A stretch of 64,000 nt of DNA from the NCBI GenBank assembly GCA_004431415.1, contig QPMI01000015.1:310001-374000 (forward strand). The letters run 5' to 3'. The notes below the pieces were generated by a model. The model did no database searches. It was not told the origin of the DNA and saw only the letters and a list, made by a program, of their open reading frames with translations. Every line of letters begins with the position of its first letter. The first letter of the stretch is position 1. A program made the translations under genes and the position numbers. The DNA comes from Cyanophora paradoxa CCMP329. Taxonomy: Eukaryota; Plantae; Glaucophyta. Below are positions 23,301 to 35,637 of the stretch, in pieces.

Positions 23301-26300
23301 ATCAACACGCCGTCGGCCCTGGCGGAGGCCATGCGCAAGGGGATGTCCCCCCGCGACTTCGCCCGCGCCTCCCGCGGCGGCCCCGGCACCGCGACCATGC
23401 CCCGCGTCGCCTCCGGCGCCTTCCGGCCGGGCTTCGAGCCGGCGGTTCGCCCCTGCTCCCCGCCCTGCGCGCGGCTGTCCGCCCCCGCTCAACCCGCCCC
23501 GCGCAGCCGTCGCTCCGGGACTCCCGCGGCGGCCGCGGCGGCCGTGGCGGCGCGCAGGGCGGGCGGGGCGGGCGGGGCGCCCCCGCTCCGATGGACCTGC
23601 CGCCCGTGGAGCCGCTGCCGAAGCCGAGCGAGAACGCTTTCTCGCGGCGCCGCGCGGCGACTTCCGAGGAGGAGAAGACCATCAAGAAGGTCAAGGGGTG
23701 CGTCCCGCGTCCTGACGGACGACGCCTTAGATCCCTCGCCCTCTCTCCCGCTCTCCCGGCCCTGACCCCTCGCCCCCTGCAGCATCCTGAACAAGCTGAC
23801 GCCGGAGAAGTTCGACACGCTCGTGGAGCAGATCCTGCGGGTGGGCGATCCCCCTCCTGAGTCTCTCCTCCGCGCCGCCCGCGCGCCCTCTTGACGCCGC
23901 CGCTTTCGCTTCACTCGCGCCCCGCGCGCAGGTCGGCATCGACTCGCTCACGATCCTGCAGCGCGTCCTCGACGAGGTCTTCAACAAGGCCGTCTCCGGT
24001 GCGCAGCTCGAGATTAATGTGTTTAGCTTGCTCCGCCAGCTTTACTACTGCATCTCAGCTAGCTTTTCCGCCTCGCATGCGGGCTGACGCCCCTACTCTC
24101 TCCCCGCGCGCAGAGCCGGCGTTCGCGGGGATGTACACGGACCTCTGCGTCCGCATGTCGCAGGCCCTGCCCGACTTCCCCGTGCCGGACACCGACCCGC
24201 CCCAGACGCAGGCCCGCACTCCGCCCTCCTCCGTGAACGATTGCCGCGGCTGATGAATGCGGGAGCAGAACTTCCGGCGCTCGTTGCTCAACAAGTGCCA
24301 GGAGGAGTTCGAGAACCGGAAGATTGACGTCAAGGAGGAGGAGGGGATGACGGAGGAGGAGAAGGCGTACGCGGAGCGCAAGATGCGGCTGCGCGTGCTC
24401 GGCAACATGCGCTTCATCGGCGAGCTCTTCATCAAGAAGATGCTGAGCGAGAACATCATCCACCAGTGCATCCAGCACCTCCTCGGCAACCTCCAGGAGA
24501 CCAACGCGCGTTGCTTCGGATCCGTTCTAGCCGAGCTTCCGTCTGAGTCGGCCCCGCCCCGCAGGAGGACAACCTGGAGTGCCTTGGGAAGCTCATGTCG
24601 ACCGTCGGCTCCCTCATCGACCGCGAGGCGGTGCGCAGCGCCGCCGCCGCCGCCTGCTCGTCCCTCGTGGGACTTGGGGCGATTGTTTCTGAGAGGGGGG
24701 GCGTCGCAGGCGAAGAAGTGGATGGACGAGTACTTCGCTCGCATCAAGAAGCTCTCGGAGAACCCGGAGCTGGCGTCGCGCCTGCGCTTCATGCTCCAGG
24801 ACCTCATCGAGCTCCGCCGCAACAAGTGGGTGCCCCGCCGCAAGGTGGACCAGCAGAAGACCCTGGAGCAGGCTCGTGCACGCGGCCGCGGCCTCGGCCG
24901 TCCCCGTAGTCCCCTTCCGCTCACGCGTCGCCGCAGGTGCACGCCGACGCGGAGCGCGAGGAGCGGGAGAAGGCGCGCCAGATGGCCATGGGCAACCTGG
25001 GCGGTGGCGGCCGCGGCGGCGGCGGCGGCGGCGGCGGCCGCGGGCCCCCGATGATCATGTCGCGCGGCGGCGACCGGCCGGGCCCGGCGGCCGGCGGGAC
25101 GAGCCGCGGCGCGCCCCGCCCGCGGACGAATGGCAGCCGGCGCGGAACAAGGCGGTCCCGCGGGTCGACTCGGGCGTCAGCCTCATGCCGCAGACGGGCG
25201 GCAGCGGCGCGCACGGCGCCCGCGGCTGGTCTGCCGCTGCGCCCAGCACTGCCCCGCTACGCGCACGCAAAATTCCTTTGGGTCCGCTCCGCGCCCCGAG
25301 CTCGCGGCGCGCGGCTGACGTGCGCCGCAGCGCTCTGTCGCGCGACGAGGGCCGCGCCCCCGCCAGCGGCGGCGCCGGCCGGGGCCTCCAGACGCTCGCC
25401 TCGTCGCAGGCCGGCGGCCGCGGGGGCCCCTCCCCGGCGCCCCAGGCTTCTCCGTCCCCGCCCGCCGCGGCTGCCGCGGCCGCCCCGTCCACCTCGGGCG
25501 GCAAGCGCTCGGTGCGGCCCGCCGCCGCCTAGCCGGCTCCGCTGCTGCGATCTGACGGGGCGGGCGAGCAGCCGTCGCCGACGGAGGCGATGACGGAGGA
25601 GCAGGCGATCGCTGCCGCGAAGGGCCTGCTGGAGGAGACGTGGAGCAACGGGGAGCGCGGCATCGACGACGCCCTCGCGAGCCTGCGCGAGCTCGGCCTG
25701 GGGGAGCACACCCCGGCCGTCATCGACAACTGGCGCGCCCCGCCCGCCCGCCCGCTTTTTACTGCCCCTCTTGACGTCGGCCGGCCGGCCGGCCCCGCGC
25801 GCAGGCTCATCGCCTCGTTCGACGCGAAGGAGGCGCACCGGAGCGTCTCGATGAAGCTGCTGGAGGCGGCTGTGCGCGCGCGCATCGTGAGCCCGGAGGC
25901 CATCCGCAAGGGCCTCTCCATGACCGGCTCCCTCCTCGCCGACCTCGCCGTCGGTCCGCCCGCCCGCCCCGCGCGCCGCCTCGTAGCGTAGCGCCCTGGG
26001 CGGGGGACCCGCTGAGCGCTAGCGCCCCGCAGACATCCCGAAGGTTTTCGAGTACTTCGCGGCGTGCATCGCGGCCGTCCTGCACACGCTCGCCCACGTC
26101 CAGAACCGGTGCGCGGCTGCGGCCACGCGAAGAAGGCGGCCGCCCGCTCCTCCCCGGGCTCACGAGCGGGCGGGCGTGCGGCGCGGCAGGGACGAGCGGG
26201 CGACGGAGGACGACCTCCTCATGGGCCTGCCCCCGCAGGAGCAGTCCCGCATCCGGGAGATCCTCAGCCGCGTCCGGCCCGCCGCGCTCACGGACGACCG

Positions 26301-26921
26301 CGTGCGCGACGCGATTGAGGCGAAGGACACGGCGGCGCTCTTCGCGGCGCTGCAGAGCGCCTCGATCGGCGCTATGGACGGCGCCCTCGCCTCGTCCATC
26401 ACGCACCAGATCTGCGCCAGCTACGAGGGCCGCCTCGACGCCCACGAGGGCCGCGCCGAACTCCTCGAGCTCGTGCGCAGCGCCCCCGGCCCGCTCTCCT
26501 CGCCGCCTTTCCTGACGCCTTTTCCCCTTCCCCTCCCTCCCTCCAGATCGTGTCGTACAAGCAGACTCTGCTGCTTGCCCGCAGCGCGGAGGCGCAGCTC
26601 GAGATCCTGCGCGAGGCGCGCCCGCCCCCCCTCGGCCCGCCGCCCCTTCGGCCCGGCGCTGATGCCGCGGCGGGCGGGCAGGTGGTCAAGTTCCTCCACC
26701 GGCGGCTGCCGCCGGCGCAGACGGGCCTGGAGCAGGTCTTCGGGCGCCTCTTCAGCGACGACATCGTGCAGGAGGCCGCCTTCTTCGCGTGGCGCGACGA
26801 GGCCTCCGAGGAGGACGTCGCCACCACGGAGCGCTTCTTCACCGCCCTCGAGGACCAGAGCGAGGGCGACGAGGTCGACGGCGAGGGGGAGGCGGAGGAG
26901 GGCGAGGCGCCGGCCGCGTAG
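20378..26921 (+). CDS. EIF4G: Translation initiation factor eIF4G
   Basis: 4E-binding motif KKIYPREFLLDL. MIF4G: ILNKLTPEKFDTL, FRRSLLNKCQEEFE, LGNMRFIGELF, RLRFMLQDLIELR. MA3: DLAVDIPK. W2-like end: LFSDDIVQEAAFFAW. Confidence 0.95.
21036..21140 (+). repeat. Coding 12-bp tandem repeat (QQPM)x8 in the eIF4G N-terminus
   Basis: CARCAGCCSATG repeated 8 times plus a partial unit. Confidence 0.95.
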
Positions 26922-27198
26922 CCCCCACACACAACTAGCCTAGTAGTCTTTGCGCCTGTTGCACAATCTCAGCAGCTGCGCCCTAGGAGCTGGCTCGATT
27001 ACGATTACGATTCTAGATGGAGGGGTTAAAGCCTGCGAAAGCATTCAGGAAGCGCTCGAGCTCGAGCCTCAAGGTGACCACATGCAGGGGATCAAATTGC
27101 ATATAATAGGGGGGAGATCAAATTCGCTCAAGTGACGAGACAGCCGGTCCGCGCACCGCGTACACAGCCACGCAGCGGGTCACGCAGCAGCAGCCAGC

Positions 27199-28600
27199 AT
27201 GGCCGCGTTCGCGGTTGGCCTGTATGCCGCTCGAGCGCACTGCTTCGTGGATTCGAACCAGACCACCGCAGCTGCCGGCTCGAGCACGCCTCGCTCCCCG
27301 AGCAAACCGGTCGACGGCACTCATCGCCGCACGCAGCCAACGCATATTTCCGCGGCCTTGCGAACGAGCTTCGTTCCTCGGGTCGCCGTGCGGCAGCAGT
27401 GGACTCCAGCGCATACGGGCGGCAGGCCGACCGCGGGCCTCTGGCGACAGCACGCGCTCCCTTCGATCGATATCCGCGCGCATGATGACGATGACGATGA
27501 TCACTGGGAGGAGGAAGGTTGGCCCGGTGCCCGCTCGCTTCATTTAGCCCGGCAGGCCCTGAGTGCGCGACAGATGCCGACGGGTCCCGCGCGCGTTTCG
27601 ACGAGGATGGTAAGCTATCTTTTTGCATGAATCTGTCTCTTCCCCCTCGCCGCTACCGCTCGTCCTGCCTAGCACTTCAGCGCTAGCTGGCATTGACGAA
27701 GTCAGCCTGATGCTTCCTCTTGCAGGCACGTTCGAGAGCGAATTCGAAGAGCTGCTCCACTACATCACCAGAGGAACCACGCCATCGTTAGGGGTGCGGG
27801 CCAAGAGCGACAGGATCGAACAAGCAATGGAGGAACTCGAGGCTTTCTTGAAATTGCACAAGAAATCTCGGCAGAAGCGAATCTATCGAGCATTTCTGCT
27901 TTTCTGGCACGACGATCTTGAGGGCGCCTCGCTCGACGTGGATGCTCTTCTAAAGAAGAAGCAGGCGCTTGTGCCATTCTGGCTTGACGGTATGTACATA
28001 TGTGCTTGCAATTGCCTTCACTGAGGTTGACTCTTCCTGGACAGTTATGATTGATCGAAGAAATGGCAATATCGATGCTGCAATTGCAAAGATCGAAGGA
28101 CACGAAGATTATTCTGCTGCGGTTGTGCACTCTCTCTCAGGATCCGTCTACGATTTCCTGGAGGCCAGCAGAGACAGCAAGCAATTTGGTACTCGGATAG
28201 CCGCTAAAACTATCTTGAAGGTGCTTTCGCCGATCTTTTACTTTTCATCAATCCGACCATGAAATCACAGGATGCGTTTGCTGATGGAGAGACTTTGAGC
28301 ATGAGCAAATTGTACCAGGCTGCCTCAAGGGCAGAGTCAGCTCTGGACGAGGACCCCTTTTACGAGCTCTTAAACGAGATCCAGGTATGTTTGAATGTAC
28401 AAGGACGAGACGGCTTTTTTTAAATTGAAAGCAGATGCTTGAATTCGAGACACTGCTGGAATTCCTTTATTTTAACATCGGAGAAGAGTAGCTCTCGAGG
28501 GAGGATGCTTTTTGTGCAAAACTATCAGCATAGTCCTTTTACTATTTGTGAAAACTTGTTTAAATTTGGAAAGTTTACATTGTGGCAACGTGCTAGCTAG
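27199..28600 (+). CDS. Unknown helical protein with putative plastid transit peptide
   Basis: MAAFAVGL..., then an S/T/R-rich leader and acidic DDDDDDHWEEEG. GT-AG introns join exons in frame (TFESEFEELLHY..., VMIDRRNGNIDAAIAKI...). The 3' end is tentative. Confidence 0.6.
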
Positions 28601-28837
28601 CACGACACCGGCTGTGCGGCAACGTGCCGTAGGCCCAGCCATGGCCAGACAGAAAGCTAGATAGCACGACAACCCAACCCCGGGCCTATAGTCCCCTGTA
28701 CAAACCTGAAATCAAAGTCCAACCCTGATCTGGTCCAGTGGCTTGCAGTGTTCGAGTGATTGAGTCGCTATCGCAACCTTGCGTCGTCACTTTCACACTT
28801 ACAGAAGTAAGCATACCAAGAACATCAGAGACAAAGT

Positions 28838-29297
28838 TCAAGTGACACGCCGCATGGGGGCGCGCTTCGCGGCTGCTATAAAGGTCGCCAGGGTCTCCGC
28901 CTGCGCGGGCATCGGCGCCGCAACAGAGAAACTTGGCACGGCACTCTCGCAGACCTCGTCCACAGTGTGCGATGCAAAGTGCTTCGTTATCGCAGCGACG
29001 AGATCGCTTTTATTCGGGTGTGTCTTCCCGTCGAGCTGTAACCTGAAGTGCTTCCTGTACCTGCAGAACCGCAGCCTCGGTCAGCGCTATCGAGCTGAGG
29101 CGAGCGGCCGCTTTCAAATTCCTCGGACAAGCCCCTGAGCGCCGCTACCGCCCGCACCTCTGCAGCGTTTTGATGTCGAGTTTGGAGAAGTTGACGAACT
29201 GCGAGGCGGATAAGCTGCGCGGAAAAGGGAGCGGTGCGGAAGAGCGCACGGTAGAAGGAGTCTTCCGCTCCTTCTGCACGCCCCCTTGTGGAGACAT
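28838..29297 (-). CDS. Small SAP30-like protein (Sin3-binding domain only), 4 exons, ~85 aa
   Basis: Spliced product MSPQGGVQKERKTPST-FVNFSKLDIKTLQR-YRKHFRLQLDGKTHPNKSDLVAAITKHFASHTVDE-AETLATFIAAAKRAPMRRVT*. It matches the SAP30 Sin3-binding consensus, and all three introns are GT-AG. Confidence 0.85.
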
Positions 29298-29494
29298 AGT
29301 AGTGTAAGGGTTGACGCCGATTGAGGCTGCCTGAACTGATCGGAAGGCCTAGCTGAGGGCGAACTGTCGGGCAAAGGCGAACTATCGGACGCCGACGGTC
29401 CGCGAACCTGATGAGCGTGTACCCGCCCCGGCCGAGCCCCCGTACCCGGGAACGATCACTTAAACACGTTCCGACCCGACCATGATCATGATCA

Positions 29495-30820
29495 GGACAT
29501 ATACCGCACTGGCATGGAAGCATCGGAGATGTAGGCGGGAGAAGAGCGGGACCCCGTGACACTTTCTTCGCAAGCTTTTCGCAAGCTTTCACGTTCATCG
29601 CACGCCAGCACGTTTAGTTGGGGCGAATCGCAGATATGCCTGCGGTTTGTTATCGCCGCACTCAATTGCAACACGCGTTTTGCGATGCTTATACCAACGC
29701 AGCTCGAAGTGCTTGCCGCCATAATCGTCGTGCTCATCGGCAACATCTTCCACGAACGCAAGCGGGCGGAGCAGGAGCGCCAGCGGGCGGAGCAGGAGCG
29801 GCAGCGGGCGGACCGAGCGGAGCTGCAAGCCAAGTTGCGTGTAGCGGGTTCGCGAGACAGCGTTGAGTTTTTTCAAGGTCTCGAACTTACTTCCAACTAG
29901 ATTTGCTGGCTGCAGGACCGTGGCGAGAGAAGTCAGGGTCGGTTCGCGCTGATATTTCATTTCCGGCCGCGCAAGCCTTTGTTTTAACAGCATTCCAGTA
30001 CAAACAGACTCCAGTTCCGAAACGGGTGGCGGAACTTCGGGCATTTCCTCAACGTCAGCGCAGCCTCGCACGCCTCCAGGCATAACACAATACACCTTCG
30101 TCCAATTTAAGCCCCAACATGTCCAACGAGAACTACAATCCCACCAGCAGCCTTAACCTTGACCATTTCACGGCACTCTCCGAATGACGGCAGCTTGCAC
30201 ATCGGAGGCAGAAGGCGCGGCTACTGACGCGGTGCCGGCAACCACAGCTGGTCCGGAACCAGTGGGCACGGCTGCCGAGCCGGCAGGCGTGGCCGCGCAG
30301 CCGGCAGACGCACCAGGCCCGGAGCCAGTGAGCACGGCTGCGAAAGCAGCGAGTAATGGCCAAGACATTGGACAGGGTTGAGGTGACGGAAAACAACGTC
30401 GATCACGGAACGTTGCCACGGTTGCCGGCAACTAGGGGTCGGACGCTTTGGACGTACGACGTTTCTCCTTCCAATTTTCTTCTCTTTCCTTCCAATTTTC
30501 GTCTTTCGACCCCATGCCCCCGTACCCAGGGTCGTATGCATGATCATACGACCCCTGAGCATTTGGACATGTTGGGCTACAAGTCCGGGCTACAAGTGTG
30601 GCCACTGCGATGTAAGGAGAGTAACGCGCCTCCTTGCAGACACTCTAGCTAGCTACAGCTAGCTAGAGTAAATATAGCTAGCTAGAGTGTCCAGGGGGCT
30701 TTGATTGGCCAAGATTGGACATATACCGCACTGGCATGCAGTTAATGTTTTGGTAGGATAAGAGAGGCACCGGCACCGGCGGAAGAGGAGCCGGACCCCG
30801 TCACACTTTTCTGCGAGCTT
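29495..30820. repeat. Imperfect direct repeats (29495-29577 and 30717-30820) bracketing ~1.1 kb of degenerate ORF-like DNA
   Basis: Identical 22-mer GGACATATACCGCACTGGCATG, plus a GGACCCCGT(G/C)ACACTTT..AGCTT block, in both copies. Confidence 0.75.
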
Positions 30821-30935
30821 AAAATGACAATTACATTCGAAGTCTTTCAGATCTAGATGTCAGCTGCAGATCACGACCGGTCGAGATTACTAGGTCTGTA
30901 CATTTTTTACAAATGATGAAAAAAACAGAGCCACA

Positions 30936-33900
30936 TCACTTCTTCCGTAGCCGTGAGTCCCGGAATGCCTGGATCTTCTCCTTGAGCTCCACGTCTGCGG
31001 GGCAAAGGAGCGAGTTAGAGCAGGCGGAAGTGTCGAATGCATAGCCACGCACTGGGAATGAGTTGCTCGACTGTGAGGTGCTTGCGGTTAAATGGGTCGG
31101 TCTCGTCACTGAGCAAGTGCCGCGTGATGACCGAGCGGTCGCAAATATTTCCTGAAGTTGGCAGAGTAACAGGGTCATCCATGATCTCTGCAGTGATGGG
31201 GTCCAAGAACTCGTCAGGGACCTCTCCAAGCTGCTCCTCTTCCTCATTGGCGTGAGCCTCCAGGGATCCACAAATGGCAGCAAAAGAATCCCACTCTGCA
31301 AGTGTGGGCTCAGGGAAGAGCCCGACACGGCGTGCAATTCCACCGGCCCGGACGAGAAGCCCTGTATCGTAGGACCGTTTCTCCTTGATGACTGCCTCTG
31401 GGAACTGCTTGTACTTCTGAAGGTGGAGGTACACCTGCAGCCGTGTTATGATGGCTTTACTCGACATATACATCAAACTGGGATGGCACCATCATGATGT
31501 TTTTGAGTAGCTCCTTAGGACGCCAGTAGAGTTTATCGGGGTTCTCGACCTTGAGCTCAATGCACGCGGGGCCCACAAGCCGCTTCAAGGTCTCATTCAG
31601 CGATGCTGCAGACAAAGTCAGAGATGGTCGCACAAGGACCTCGTGCATCGGAAGTAAGCGAACCTGCAATGCGATCTACCATTTGAGCTTCCACAAACGG
31701 CTCCCCGAGCTCAGCTGAGAGCATCACGAGCATCTTGACCGAGTCATCCGCCAGCCTGCATGTGCCCAGAAAACAGCGAGGATCAGAAAGAGAGGAAAAA
31801 CAAATTGGCAGAAGGAGAGAGTTAAATAGACCTCATGAAAGATGCAACCATCTTCTCTTTCTGCTCCAGTTCTGCCTGCAACTCTCGCCGCTCCTGCTCC
31901 GACTTCATTGTCCACTCTGGAGTCTTCGGCATCTGCTGCAGGTCCCTGATTCTCTTCAGGTTTCCAAGGCAGTCTTCAAGCAGGAAGTTGAAATCTTGGT
32001 GATGAAGATTTCAGCTGAAGGACACCAGGTGCAATGGGAGAAACTCCTCACCATTGAGCAAGAAATTGACGAAGCGCATGAAGACGCCCGTCTCTCGGGG
32101 AACGGAAGCCTGGTACTCTGCATGCACACGCTTCCTGAAATGCTGGGACACCCACATCTTTTCGATGACTGTGAAGCTGTCAGCAAAACGCACATAGACA
32201 CGAAAGAACGCTGCCAACACACATACCTTGCGAGATGTGGTGCCGAACATTGAACTTGTCATAGAATTGAGTGTGAGAGCCCGTGTGCTCAATGTCGACT
32301 GCATGGCCATGAGTGTGCAGACAGGGAACTAAAAAGAGCCGATAGTTCACCATACAAGCGCATCATGCCAGTGACAAGGTAGTCCCGTGCTGCTGGGATC
32401 TGAGTGCAAAGCCTGATCAGATGAAGTCATGCCATCACAGTCTTCGTGACAGCACCTTCTCTAGGTGGTCAACGAGCAGGATTGGGTCACTGTTCTTGGA
32501 AACTTTGTGAGTCATGAATGCACTCAGCAGCTCAGCGAGCTTTGAACTGCAGCCACCTCAGATCAGTGTGCACAATTCGATTGGGAGAGTGCCACAAACC
32601 GCAAGTAGGGGTTTCGAGCGTAGGCAGGCAGAGGGACGAAATACGCAGCAAGGTTGACAATAGGAACAAGCAAGCTGGGACACTCGACCCTTGAAGCGCC
32701 AGCCATGCCATCAAACATCGTCGCATTGCGACCATTGTAGAGGAAAGTGGTGTAGGCCTCGAAAATGTCCTGCAGAAAGGTCACAGATACGTTGAACGAG
32801 AAAAAGGGAGCTCACATCGATGAGATGCTCGGGTAGAGCAGCAAACTCCATCGGAGGAGGCGTGGGCAAAGAAGATGGACCCTGGCGATTCGGATCAACT
32901 AGGTCCAACAAGTACTCCCCAGATAGTGCTGCAACTTTCAGAATTCCGGAGGCAAACTCCGGCTCTGCGAAGCACGATACTCAGAGACGCCAACGGTACT
33001 CAGAGAGCCACCCACCCAGCAGTTGGGCCTCGAAGGCGAAGATGTCCCTCGAACACTGGTCATATTCCTCTTTCAGCTTCTTCATTTGCTCGTCATGCTG
33101 AGGACCTGTACTCGGGATATTCTTCGATTTTTCATATGCTTCTTTGTAACGCCAGAAGTTCTCCTGCAGATGCTTCAACTCCTTGACCTGCGAGTGAATA
33201 TGCAATTAGACATGGCCACGCTGCTCTTGGAGAGTGGTGTCTGGAGTTCTATGCAACGCACTGCTGGGGTGAATCCCACAAAGATGCTGCGGAGCATCAT
33301 GAAGTAGCACTCCGTGGAGAAAGGGTACTCCACCAATGGAGGCTTCTCGCCGGACTCTGAGGCTGAGGCTGAGGTCCCCGAAGATGTCGATGGTCGGGGT
33401 CCAGCAGTTTGAACTTCCTTCTGCCTGTGCTGCCACGCCTGGATTCGCGCCAGGTTGCGCTTATCAACCCTAATTGTCCCAGTTATTGATACAACACGAA
33501 AGGCAAGGCGGCAACTTCCTCACCAGGCATCGAGCTCTGCCGATTCCACTGCTATCTTTGTGTCCTTACTTACGTCCATACGTGCGGACTCCTGGTAGTA
33601 GTTGGGATCGAACTTTTTACGTTTCTCCGCAGCTGGCAACTGAATTGCTGGCTTCGCTCCTGGTGGCGAAAGGCCTTCTAGGAAAGGCTTGAAAAGTTCA
33701 AGCATGACAGCGCAGAGGTTGAGTGTGAAGCCATGAGTGGCATACAGCCGAGGATCATAGTGGTACTTTGTTTTATCTGATATCCAATCAGATTTCAGCC
33801 AAGGACCAATCAATATGAACACGCACCAAAGTTCGCATCGATCATCTTGGCAATCCAGTCTAGTGCCTTGCTCTTTGGGCCAGGGCCACCGCGAAGCAGC

Positions 33901-35408
33901 TTAAGCATGATGTCTCGAAGTGCCTCGTGTAGAGGGCGCAATGCAAGCCGGATTGACTTGTGTGCATCATCAAGAGCCTGCTGTGAGATGTTGTTGGGGT
34001 CGGGATAAAATGACCGGTTGATGCTGGCCGCCTCCTTGTGGTCGGGAAGTGCGTGGATCCCGAAAAAGGGACCGAGAAGTGAGAAAAGCTCGTAATGGAG
34101 ACCAATGGCTGGCCGGGGGGCGAAGATGTTTGGCTTTGGAGGTGGAGGGAGGAAGCTTGGGTGCTCAACAAACAGAGCAGCAACCGCCTTGTGACTCAGC
34201 AGCATGAGCAGGATGCGCACCCAGCCTTGATAAGTGCCCTGCGAATGCAATCAGTACACCATACACCCTCCAAAATAATGTGTGATCATAGAGGAATGCT
34301 CACCATGAGCCCAACACCCTTGACGCTATCCGAAATCTTCTGAAGAAGAGGGTTGATGAAGTTCTCCAGGCCTTCATTCTCAAACCTGCAGGCATGACGG
34401 TGAGAAAAAGACGCGTGTCGTTCAGCACTGGTGAGCACCTTGTGATGAGAGCCTCGAGAAGCCCATCGGGGAGAGTGCGCTGTGAAGAGCCCGACGCAAG
34501 AATACCCGGACTGGCTGTCGCGGCATTCTCGAGAAACGGCATCAAACTCTCTGGGCCTTCAATTTTGTTCGCTTGCCCCTCCCACCGATCAGCAAATGCT
34601 TCTGGGTTGAGAAGGTAAATGCCAAGATAAGACACGACGTAGCCTCTGCATTCTTCGACAATGGCCTTGCGCTCCGCGTTGCTCGATACGCGTCTGACCT
34701 CGTCGCTCGCCCTTCGGAAGCATCGCAGCAGGTACTCCAAGCCTGACTGAGGCTCCCCGCGCGGGAGAGTCGAGACTGGAACGGCGATTCGCTCGGCAAG
34801 GACGGAATCCAACCGAATGCGCCGCAGCTTCAGGGCTGCGTTACCGGAAACTAGTCGGCCGCGTACATCCAGAAAGCGCCGCGCAGGGCGCGCGGCACCT
34901 TCCGTATCGCCGTTGGAGCTTGTAATAATGTCCGTCGCGCACTGCTCAAGGAACACGGGAGGCGGCTCCTGCTCCGCGCGGCTGGTCTGGGGCCCGATGT
35001 CTACAAGCGTGACCCCGAAGATGCGGGCGATGACATCGTGCTCGTAATCAACAGGGCTTGCGGGGCTCTTTTGAGTCTCTCGAGGCGTCGGCTTCAACTC
35101 CTCCGGCGCAGGCTTCGGAGTCGACGGCTTGGGCGCGGGCGGAGGGGTCTGAGCGCAGCGTCCGGTCAACGCGCGCGCGTACGGACGCGTGCAGCGCGAA
35201 AGAGCTTGCCTGCGACTGCGTGGCGGGGGAGGATGCGCCCTGTGCCGCTCCTGCGCGGACATGAAAAGTGTGCGCGGCGAATGGAGGGCAGCGCAGCGGA
35301 GCTGGCGCGGGCGGCGAGCGCCGCACCTTCGACAGGCTGCTGAGGCTGCTGTAAGCGCTGCAAGCGCTTCAGGCGTATGTCATCCTGGCTGTCAGCTGCC
35401 TGTTCCAT
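30936..35408 (-). CDS. UFD2: Ubiquitin conjugation factor E4 UFD2/UBE4 (Ufd2P core plus U-box)
   Basis: DDIRLKRLQRL, HGFTLNLCAVMLELFKPF, FAALPEHLID, ARNPYLR, FMRFVNFLLN, and U-box VPDEFLDPITAEIMDDPVTLPTSGNICDRSVITRHLLSDETDPFNR. Confidence 0.95.
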
Positions 35409-35637
35409 GCTGCGCTTCGTGGTAGAGCTGTGGTGTGCCCCGGGCGATGCCGAGGCGCTTCGAGCGAGCTTCGACGAGCCCACAGCAGTGCTGGCCGCAG
35501 ACCCGCCGCGCCTGACCGCGCCGTCACCGCGGAACTTCACGGGTACAGCAGAGGGCTCCAGCCGACTCGTTGTGAACTTCCACGAGCACTTCAGCGCGAG
35601 CAGAGCGAGCACTTCGGCGCGAGTAGGAGCGCTCAGA

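Noticed and set aside
29754-29840. AEQERQR repeats as a cyanobacterial Uma2 endonuclease tail (HGT)
   Set aside because: No nuclease domain is recognisable upstream, and a low-complexity coiled coil can arise convergently.
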